Shown here piece by piece: positions 7,009 to 15,600 of a stretch of 34,078 nt of DNA. The stretch is from Candidatus Firestoneibacteriota bacterium (GTDB lineage Bacteria; Oederibacteriota; JAAXVQ01; JAUVAV01), in assembly GCA_030635415.1 (NCBI GenBank), contig DAOVYW010000001.1, positions 1 to 34,078 on the forward strand, given 5' to 3'. Positions within the stretch are counted from its first letter, which is position 1. The number at the start of each line of letters is the position of its first letter. The notes below the pieces were generated by a model. It searched no databases. It saw only the letters and a program-made list of their open reading frames with translations, and had not been told where the DNA came from. The position numbers and the translations under genes were made by a program.

Positions 7009-9378
7009 TTAGAATTTATAAGTATACCCGGCAGTTACCCGCACAATTCTTTCCCCTTTGATGTAATCGTCCTCCATGGTATTATCGGCCATGGCGTTCT
7101 CAAAAACATTAAACACCGCTAAGGTCAAGCTTAGGTCTTGATAAGTTCCGCCCACACTGATGTCATATTGACTCAGCCACTTGGTGTTTATCTTTGACAC
7201 ATTTTCCGAAGCAGTTATTGTTCCGGCTGTGCCAACCTGCCTAGGCGTGCGGCCAAAATGCGCATATAAATTAAGAAAAAAGAGATTTTCATAATTGAAA
7301 CCCAGCATGCTGTTGAATATATCCGCAACCCCTTCCGCCCAGGTGGGGTGTTGTGGTTTCATTCGTGAAGAAAGATTAAACCGGGTATAATTTACTTTAA
7401 ACTGAGTATAAGGGAGCGGACGAACCATACTTTCCAGCTCAAAGCCATGCGTAATGCGGCTGTTGGCATTAGACCAACTAACCATGGAAGGAGCTTGATT
7501 CAACAGCTTAGTAAATAATAATCCCGGAATAGGCGGTATCGATGAACTAATCAGACTTAGATCCGGAAAATAGACATATAAAGGGCCAAACTCATAATCA
7601 AATTGAATCTCATCCTGCGTTTCCCAGTAAAAATATCCGGCTTTTGCCTGGAACCATTTCCCGAATTGATATTCGATACTGGCCTCGCTCTGCTCGATCT
7701 TTTCCGGTTTTAAATCAGCATTACCCGTGACCTCATAAAATCCGTAATTACCTAAGGTGTAACGCTCCATGAAAACCGGTGAGCGGAAGGCACTGCCGTA
7801 TAAAGCCTTAAGGCGCAAGCCCGAAAGCGGAGAATAGATAATACTTCCGCGGGGACTGATATTGCTGCCATAAACCGTATTGTAGTCATACCGCACCCCG
7901 GCCAGAAGAATTAAATTATCCCGGGCATGATATTCATCCTGGAGATAAAGCGCGTAATTCTGGTCCGAGGCCTCATCAAAGGCAAAATACTCCCCCGCCG
8001 ACCAATCGTGAGTGAAACTCAGGCCGGCAATAAAATAATTGTTTTGCGGCCACGCCAGATCATACTGGACCTCAGCCAGTAATTCATTCAACGGGCCACG
8101 GGAAAATTGCCCTTCAACGAGAGCGGTCCCATCCGCCAATCGCATAAAATCATTCAAGCCAATATAATAACCGCCCACGGCCTGGGTGGGATCAAAGGAG
8201 ATATCGCCCATATCATCTACAATTACCATTACCCCTGGCGGCAAATCACTTATAGTGTCAATCTTAATGCGATCTAAAACATAAACAACCTGCTGGCCGG
8301 TGTTATTTATATAAGTGTCTTCCAACCGAAAACTTAGCTTGGACAACTCGCCTAAATCCAAATTATATTTGGTATCCAAATAAAAAGATTCTTCATGATT
8401 ACTATGTCTCGGAGTGGGGGTGTAAACACTGCCTATAAAAGGATCTTCCATTTTGTGATACCCGGCCCGCACCACCCAATCATCCTGGTACTTCAAGGCC
8501 AGATCGATCTTGTTGCCTTCAAACAGTTCATTGGGCTCTTCCCGGTTAACCGGATCAATACCCAGTTGCCGCCAGTAACCGGCGCTCACAGTACAATCAA
8601 TATCACCAAGCTTTTTTCCATAGTTCAGGAGATAATATTGCGACAGCTCGGCGTCACCTGGTTTGGACCCCAGGCTTAACTTGGTATTTGCGCCTTGGAT
8701 GTCTTTTCCGTCCTTAGTAATGATATTAATAACCCCGGCAAAAGCATTAGCCCCGTAGAGGGATGACCCCGGTCCTTTGACAATCTCGATTTGTTTGATA
8801 TTGTCTAAATTGTAACCGAAATGGGTGTTGAAATTGCCCCAATCAACAGTATTCACTTTGCGTCCATTGATTAAAACTAATATTTTGTTGTTATAAGAAT
8901 TCTGCATTCCCCGGAAACGCATGGTTTCAAAAAGACCATCATAGGAAATTTCCGTACCGGGAAAATGCAGCAAAAGTTCCTTCAGGGTTAAGGCGCCTTT
9001 TTCTCTGATTTCCTGCTCAGTAATAATTGTTACGCTGCCCGGCACTTCGGAAAGTTTCTGCAAACGCTTGGTGGCGGTCATGACCATAATCTCTTCACCA
9101 AAGAACATCAGCTCCATACTCGTTTCCGGAGATGACGCTTCCGAAGTGGTTTCACTTAGCTCACTCGCGTTTTCGGCAGGAGAGACAACTTCGGTTTCTT
9201 CAGTAGCCGGATTCTGAGGTGCAACTTGACTTGCCGCCGGGCTTTCCGGCGTTACAGCAGTTATTGGGGGCGCAACCGGGACGGATTCTTCCTGGGCCCG
9301 GACCGCACTCCAACTGAAACTTAAGCCCAAACCTAACATTAATGGCAACATCAACCTCAAACCCTGTATCCATTTCAT
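7009..9378 (-). CDS. TonB-dependent outer-membrane receptor
   Basis: Signal peptide MKWIQGLRLMLPLMLGLGLSFSWSAVRA. TonB-box-like EEIMVMTA. Plug motifs (VPGSVTIITEQEI, RFRGM, ILVLINGRKVN). NIITK/ANAFAGVINI beta-barrel start. C-terminal aromatic ...AGYTYKF. AGGAGGG SD. Confidence 0.93.
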   Translation of the reverse strand: MKWIQGLRLMLPLMLGLGLSFSWSAVRAQEESVPVAPPITAVTPESPAASQVAPQNPATEETEVVSPAENASELSETTSEASSPETSMELMFFGEEIMVMTATKRLQKLSEVPGSVTIITEQEIREKGALTLKELLLHFPGTEISYDGLFETMRFRGMQNSYNNKILVLINGRKVNTVDWGNFNTHFGYNLDNIKQIEIVKGPGSSLYGANAFAGVINIITKDGKDIQGANTKLSLGSKPGDAELSQYYLLNYGKKLGDIDCTVSAGYWRQLGIDPVNREEPNELFEGNKIDLALKYQDDWVVRAGYHKMEDPFIGSVYTPTPRHSNHEESFYLDTKYNLDLGELSKLSFRLEDTYINNTGQQVVYVLDRIKIDTISDLPPGVMVIVDDMGDISFDPTQAVGGYYIGLNDFMRLADGTALVEGQFSRGPLNELLAEVQYDLAWPQNNYFIAGLSFTHDWSAGEYFAFDEASDQNYALYLQDEYHARDNLILLAGVRYDYNTVYGSNISPRGSIIYSPLSGLRLKALYGSAFRSPVFMERYTLGNYGFYEVTGNADLKPEKIEQSEASIEYQFGKWFQAKAGYFYWETQDEIQFDYEFGPLYVYFPDLSLISSSIPPIPGLLFTKLLNQAPSMVSWSNANSRITHGFELESMVRPLPYTQFKVNYTRFNLSSRMKPQHPTWAEGVADIFNSMLGFNYENLFFLNLYAHFGRTPRQVGTAGTITASENVSKINTKWLSQYDISVGGTYQDLSLTLAVFNVFENAMADNTMEDDYIKGERIVRVTAGYTYKF

Positions 9379-9516
9379 CTTATAACCCTCCTTTTTATTT
9401 GGGCTATATCCAAGCAGTGGGGGTGAAAATTGGGAACCCTGAAAAAACCTGGTTTTAACAAAAGTTCGTAGTTGCCCACACTAATTGGAAAAGCTTTTTA
9501 TTGACCTTGCTTTATG

Positions 9517-9571
9517 ATTCTGCTGCAAAATCCCACTTGCTGTCATTGCGAGGAGCGACAGCGACGAAGCA
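9517..9571. repeat. palindromic repeat element, copy B (truncated: outer arm plus L-arm only)
   Basis: ATTCTGCTGCAAAATCCCACTTGCTGTCATTGCGAGGAGCGACAGCGACGAAGCA aligns with the left half of copy A. It is followed by an unrelated 7-bp hairpin AAGCATG...CATGCTT (9568-9592). Confidence 0.8.
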
Positions 9572-9646
9572 TGGCCTTTGAAATCATGCTTGCAAGATGC
9601 GTCTTTGTTTCCATGCCGTGGATTCCACTAAGGTCATGAATCATTA

Positions 9647-11017
9647 TTATGAATTTACCGCATGAGATTTTGGGTTCCATAAATTCTTTTTCCCGTGCCA
9701 AATAATGTGTATGTTCTTCCATTGCTTTTTATCAGGAAAACCATAAAATGTAATTATTGCGCCCTGACGATAGGTCAATCCCAGGGAGTTGCCCAGAATA
9801 ACCGGATCAATTGATTTAGCCGGGCTTAAAACATTAATCGCAATGGGACCTCGAATATCTATGGGTATAATTTTATCAACCCACTCCCAGGCTACTTTAT
9901 CGGCCAATAATTCACTGCTATTTTTGGGATAAATAACTGCTGCATAAGCACAATCAAAACCTGGTTTAGAATAATTTATAAAAATATCAATCGGTTCCAA
10001 TTCTGACAGGCGTTCAACAAATCCCAGCTCTTCGCCATGGGGATGCAGATTATGATAATGATAAGCAAGGTGCCATGAAGCCTGACGCACAATTTCCTGA
10101 TCATTATTATAACCAAGTTTAACCAGGATGGGTTCCAGTGCTTCTATTTTATCACGCCATTCAGTTGCCGCTGCGATAGCGATGTCTGTCCGATGCAAAT
10201 CTATAAGGCGCTGAATTAATCGCGCGCTGCCGGCAAAGAGCTCATGCGCGTAAAAATCAATGCCATTGAAATGTCGCAGTTCCGGTTCAGCCGATTTGCG
10301 TTGTTTGAGTATATCAAACATCCATTCAACCGGATATATTTCCGGATTTAATTCTTTTTTGATATTTTCAAAATCAAAACAAATCGCGCCCCAAAAAGGG
10401 CCGGCAATGCCGGGCCTTTCAATATCTTTTTGCTTAACCATGTCCATCATGCTGTCAAGCGGCGGCATTGATTCATCCTCGGCATAAAATTGTCCAATCT
10501 GATCGGCGGCATATGCTCTTACCATGAGATCATCATGATCCAGGAAACTTAATAATGAATCTTTGGCCTTGCTCCAGGTATGTCCGAAAACCTTTAAAAT
10601 AATTTTGGCAGTCAGTAAAGACGTCGCGCCTATTTTGGTTTTTTTGCCATGTTCTAATTCATCCAGCCATTGCAGGATCAAACTCCGGTAAGGTTTATCC
10701 TCTGCCATGATTTGGGTATGGTAACAAAAAGCTTCAATTATAAGGGGGATTTGCTCTCCTCTAAGTGCAATCGCTTTCAAGATGCCCGGAAGTCTTTGTT
10801 CCGGCAGTCCGGGTTTAAAATCCTTCTGCCGATATGCCTGCATCTTTTCCGCCCACAGAGCCTGGGCCGCTGTTTCTACTGCAAATCCAAGTATGTCAGG
10901 CGGTTCGTGCTTAATGGCTGCAACTAAGAGATTAAATATATCGCTCCATTCCGGTGCGGTATGAAATGAACTAAGGGTAATGTTGTTTAATTGATTTAAC
11001 CTAATATCATTCCTCAT
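9647..11017 (-). CDS. hypothetical cytoplasmic protein with HEAT/ARM-like repeats
   Basis: 456-aa ORF with no signal peptide. DDLMVRAYAADQIGQF and DQEIVRQASWHLAY resemble HEAT-repeat helices. The start codon overlaps the stop of the upstream gene (ATGA at 11014-11017). The function call is weak. Confidence 0.7.
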   Translation of the reverse strand: MRNDIRLNQLNNITLSSFHTAPEWSDIFNLLVAAIKHEPPDILGFAVETAAQALWAEKMQAYRQKDFKPGLPEQRLPGILKAIALRGEQIPLIIEAFCYHTQIMAEDKPYRSLILQWLDELEHGKKTKIGATSLLTAKIILKVFGHTWSKAKDSLLSFLDHDDLMVRAYAADQIGQFYAEDESMPPLDSMMDMVKQKDIERPGIAGPFWGAICFDFENIKKELNPEIYPVEWMFDILKQRKSAEPELRHFNGIDFYAHELFAGSARLIQRLIDLHRTDIAIAAATEWRDKIEALEPILVKLGYNNDQEIVRQASWHLAYHYHNLHPHGEELGFVERLSELEPIDIFINYSKPGFDCAYAAVIYPKNSSELLADKVAWEWVDKIIPIDIRGPIAINVLSPAKSIDPVILGNSLGLTYRQGAIITFYGFPDKKQWKNIHIIWHGKKNLWNPKSHAVNS

Positions 11018-12318
11018 CTTACATTCCTGATTCCCATAAAATTTTCCAGAATTTTCATACCGGCCGGATTTTCCGGCGATCTCTGTTCCGGATGAAATTG
11101 CACCCCATAGATTTCCTTGTTTTTATGTTTTATCATTTGCAATTGTGATGTCCGGCCTTTGATTAACAGTTCGAATTTCCGCGGCAAAGATTTGATTTCC
11201 TCACAATGTGAGACATAGACCTTGGGTTTGGCCGGTAATCCGGCCAGTATTTTATCCGGTTTTATAATTTTGGTTGCAATCATTCCTTCGGAGCGAAAAC
11301 AATTTTTATAAGCAGCAGGTTTGTGTTTCCCTTTGATCAATCCCACCTTGGCGCCGTAAGCCAAAGCAATAAGTTGATGGCCGCCGCAGATGCCCAACAC
11401 CGGAATCGTGGTGTTTTTAAGCAGCGTGAAAATAGCAGTCAGTTCCTCAGCGGCATACAAGTGCCAAGGCGTGGATTGGCCGGCAATAATAATGGTCCGG
11501 GGAGAAAGTTGTTTGATTTTTTCAATATCCGATTCAAGGTAGTGTAATACCACGGGCTGACATCGGAATTTCACATCCAGCGCGGCAATAATGGGGCTCA
11601 CCAATGACAGGTCGTTTTTATCCTTTTGGGGATTGATAATGACGATTTTGGGCAGAACCGAGGATATTTTTTTTCGCATAAAAGTAAGGGGATTGTAAAA
11701 TCTTTGCCGCAGCGCTTCGGTAGTCAGGGTGGCCCAACTGGCAACCCCGTAATCATCAAATTGTTTTCTTATTTCCAAATGCAAATGATCATAGTTTCCG
11801 CCCTGGGCTAAAGCTTCTTTCCGGGTGTACAGCCGTCCTAATTGGGAGTGCCGGGTGACCTGTTCCCCCTGGCTTAAATAAATACTTTCCAAATGCTTAT
11901 AAGCAGTATAGATCAATTGACCGTCCGGCAGCATATGCTTAACCACAATGGTTTTATGCGGATGGCCCAAGTGCACTGAGCACACGACTCCGTTGGCCAG
12001 AGGATAAACATAGATATGTTTTTCCATTGGCTTCTTCGGAATTATATCCAGGCCGGTATGAATATGCCCGGGGAGATAGGAGTTGCGGGGGGAACCGAAA
12101 ACACTGACCACTTGAATGGTTTTTATATCATTGCGGTTTTTGGTGGCAAAAGGAACAAACCACTGACCGGCCAGGGAGGCCGGTGTAAATTCCTGATGAA
12201 ATTCTTTCCAGCGCAGTTTGTCGTCATCAATATAATCCGCGCTGCCAGGTAAAGCTGTTGTCCCGCCCAGGATTAAAGCCAGCAAATAGAAAAGCCGCCA
12301 ATGTTTTAGTAGAGGCAT
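11014..12318 (-). CDS. exported fusion protein: M23/LytM metallopeptidase domain + class-I glutamine amidotransferase (C26-like) domain
   Basis: Signal peptide MPLLKHWRLFYLLALILGGTTALPGSA. M23 zinc ligands HTGLD (12046-12060) and HLHLE (aa 178-182). GATase1 nucleophile elbow GICGGHQ (Cys311, 11386-11388) and GVQFHPE (aa 405-411). GGGAGAA SD upstream of ATG 12318. Confidence 0.85.
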   Translation of the reverse strand: MPLLKHWRLFYLLALILGGTTALPGSADYIDDDKLRWKEFHQEFTPASLAGQWFVPFATKNRNDIKTIQVVSVFGSPRNSYLPGHIHTGLDIIPKKPMEKHIYVYPLANGVVCSVHLGHPHKTIVVKHMLPDGQLIYTAYKHLESIYLSQGEQVTRHSQLGRLYTRKEALAQGGNYDHLHLEIRKQFDDYGVASWATLTTEALRQRFYNPLTFMRKKISSVLPKIVIINPQKDKNDLSLVSPIIAALDVKFRCQPVVLHYLESDIEKIKQLSPRTIIIAGQSTPWHLYAAEELTAIFTLLKNTTIPVLGICGGHQLIALAYGAKVGLIKGKHKPAAYKNCFRSEGMIATKIIKPDKILAGLPAKPKVYVSHCEEIKSLPRKFELLIKGRTSQLQMIKHKNKEIYGVQFHPEQRSPENPAGMKILENFMGIRNVR

Positions 12319-12511
12319 AAATGTTCTCCCGCTGGATTTATCTCAGTGGCCGGTCAACCAAACTAATGATAGCGAAATTTTCAAGAAAAGACAAGTGGGT
12401 TTTTAGGAGAAGAGGACCGACTCATGAGCAGGCCGCAAGCAACGCTCTGGGTTATAGACACCACCACCCCATCAAGCCCTGAAAGGGCGAAACATCTCAA
12501 GGTAAAGTGTT

Positions 12512-12613
12512 ATGGCACAGTCATTATCCCGAATTATTCTTCACATCGTTTTCAGTACCCGGTCCGAGCGCGACCTCTTCAGAACGGGATTTTGTATTGA
12601 CGTGCGATTTTAA
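12512..12613 (+). pseudogene. 5' remnant of an IS200/IS605-type (REP-associated, RAYT-like) Y1 transposase gene
   Basis: ATG 12512 opens MAQSLSRIILHIVFSTRSERDLFRTGFCIDVRF*, ending at TAA 12611-12613. The first ~23 residues match my recollection of the characteristic N-terminus of RAYT/IS200-like transposases (M.QSLS.I..HIVFSTK.R). The frame stops before any HUH motif. It is out of frame with the track ORF that begins at 12507. Confidence 0.55.
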
Positions 12614-12626
12614 CCTTTGTTACAAT
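12597..12626 (+). promoter_or_regulatory. candidate sigma70 promoter of the A2M-pbpC operon (extended -10)
   Basis: TTGACG (12597-12602), an 18-nt spacer ending in TGT, then TACAAT (12621-12626). This is about 70 nt upstream of ATG 12696. Confidence 0.5.
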
Positions 12627-12695
12627 ATTATTATCATTTACCAACGCAATTTTCTATCAACGCCTATCAGCAATTCCCAAAGGGGGTTTAGGTTT

Positions 12696-15600
12696 ATGAA
12701 AAAATCTACTTTCTGCCATTCAATACTCGCCGTAATGCTTTTCCTTGCTGGTTGTGCTCAGAAGACCACGGAGAAATTTGATCAACCAGGGGTGCGGCCG
12801 GTTAGCCTGGAACAAGCTCAGGTGGTTATCGGGCTGCCGGGACGATATATCTCCTACACCTCCCCTTTGAAATTCATTTTTGCCAAAGAAATCGTTGGAC
12901 CCAACGCAGTTGGACAGGCAGACGGACGCCAAATTATTTCTTTTAAGCCGGCAATTTCCGGAAAAGCAGTATGGATTTCCAGATCAGACCTGGAATTTCA
13001 ACCTGACGCCGCTATGAAGAAATTTACGTCCTATACCGGCACCCTGCATTTAGATAACTTATTGGATGATCCGGCAGTGAAGCCGATAGAGTTTATGTTT
13101 GACTCCATGGGGAATGAAGTGGTGGAATTCGAGGGTGAATTCAAGCTGGAGTCTCAAGAGGAACCTAAACAGTTTAGATACCAGGGGAATATTCGATTCA
13201 CCAATGAAGTTAAAAAAACCACCCTGGAGCAGGCTTTAAAGATGAAGTCCGGTACCGGTGCGGTCGCATTGCAAATTGATGGTCCCGCAGAGGGCCGGGA
13301 TTTTACTTTTGCAAGTCCAGCGCTTGCTCAGGGCCGGAAATCAAAGTATTACACACTTATGCTGGATAGTAAGTTACTGGCAACGGCAGCCGACAGCAGA
13401 AAAAAAATCGCGTTACAAGCCGGTAAGCGCTTTGAAGTGGAAAATATTGAGATCCTAAAAAGTGATGACCAAGCCGGTTTGGTAACTCACTTTACAGACT
13501 ATCTTTCCCGGGAGCAAAGTCCGGATGGTTTTGTCAGGGTGTCGCCTTATGTTAAAGTGCAGTTGAAATCCATAGACCGGAAACTCTATATTCGCGGAGA
13601 TTTTGCCTACAACCAGGCGTATGAGGTGGAAGTGCTGGCAGGAATAAAAAACCGTTGGGATGAAACTCTGAAAAAAACCTACGGCACGACCCTGACGTTT
13701 GAGGATATGAAACCGAGCTTGCGATTTAAAAATCCGGGTGTATTTTTAACCTCGGAAAATAATAATAAAATAACCTTTGAGACACTCAATGTAAAAGAGG
13801 TTCGCGTTGAGGTTATAAAGGTATTTGCCAATAACCTGGGACAGTTTCTTCAGTCCGAGAGTTTGCATAGCCGCTATGCCACCACAACTTACCACCGGAA
13901 TCGTTATGCCTGCCGAAAAGTGGGTGTGACGGTTGCCGAAGAAAAAATCTATATTGGGGAGAAGAAGAATGCGGTTTTAGTGCATGCTTTGGACCTTAAG
14001 AAAATACTCAGCCAGGAAGCGCGAGGGCTTTTTATAGTAAAATTATGGTTCGATAAAGATGGGATGTTATATGAAAATGAGGATGAAAGAAAGTCAGCCG
14101 CAAGGGATTATTGGGAGGATTATTATACTAATCCCTACAAAGAAGGTTACCGGCACCAAGCAGGCACTGCCGCGATACAGATAATTGTGAGTGATATCGG
14201 CTTGACGGTTAAACAAGCGCATGAGCGCTACTATGTTTTTGCCAATCATTTGAAAAACACAGAACCATTAGCTAATGTCAAAGTGCGTCTGATGAGTCCC
14301 CAGCACCAGGTTGTAGGAGCAGGGAGAACCAACAGCCAGGGTGTGGTGGAGATTGATAATGTCAAAACCGAGGTGTTTTATGTTGAAGGAGAATGGCAGG
14401 ACCAGCGTAGTGTAGTCAAGCTTTCGGAAATGGCCTGGAATTTATCCGGGTTTGCCATTGCCGGGGTAGAAGGAGGAGCAGGGAAAAACCGGGCTTTTAT
14501 CTACACTGATCGTGGTGTTTACCGGCCGGGAGATGCTATTCATATGTCGGTTTTGGTTCGCAACCGGGAAGGGTCTTTTCCCAAAAATCATCCGGTCACA
14601 CTCAAGTTTTATAACCCCAAAAATCAAATGGCAGCAGAAAAAACCAGCCGGCAGGCAGAAGACGGATTTTATTATTTTCCCCTGAAAACGGAAAGTACGG
14701 ATATGACCGGCAATTGGCGGGTGGAAATAATCGCCGGTGGTTCCACGTTGCATAAAGAAATTAAGGTGGAAACGGTGATTCCCAATCGCCTGAAGGTCAA
14801 CCTGGAGCCGGCGGTGAAAAGTATCGGCCCAACGGATAAACAATTGGTCCTCGCGTTATCTTCAACTTATTTGTTTGGAGCGCCGGCGGCCGAATTACAG
14901 GCTAAAATGAAGGGCGTGGTGGGTGAGGAGGTTAAAACTTTCAGCCGTTTTCCGAATTTCTGTTTTACCCATGAAGGCATAGAGTATCATCCCTATTATA
15001 CGGAGATTTATTCCGGCCACCTGGATGATACCGGTACCCGACAAGTTGTCTGGCGTTTGCCGGATTTCGGCGAAGCACCCTCTGGTTTAGTCCTTTATAT
15101 TGATGCTAAAGTATTTGAGCAAGGCGGAAGATTTACTCAGCAGCAAACCAGAGTTCCGGTAAATCCCTATACGCACTATATTGGCCTGGAAAAAATGGAA
15201 TCGGATTATGGTTATTTTCGGATTCCCAATGATTATGCAGCCAAGGTGGTTCTGGTCACGCCTCAGGGAAAACCGGTTGCCGGCCAAAATTTAAAATACC
15301 GTATTTATCGCAATGAGCGTTGGTGGTGGTGGGAATATCGCGAAGCACGCAACCGGCGATTGAAATTTAAAACCCATAATGCGACGGATTTAGTAAAGGA
15401 AGGCACCCTGGTAACCAGCACCCGTCCTATGAAACTGAAAATACCTTTGGAAGAACGCGGCGAATACTTGCTGGAAGTCCAACATGGAGAAGCCGGGCAC
15501 ACGGCGGGTTACTTTTTCCATGCTTCGCGCTGGGGCGGCGATATCCGGGCAAAAGAGGATGCCGGTAATGTGGTTATTAAAACCGATAAGGAAAAATACT

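Noticed and set aside
12507-12695. The 63-codon N-terminal extension of the A2M ORF from GTG 12507.
   Set aside because: The extension covers the transposase stub and the predicted promoter. ATG 12696 has an SD and opens a textbook lipoprotein signal peptide.
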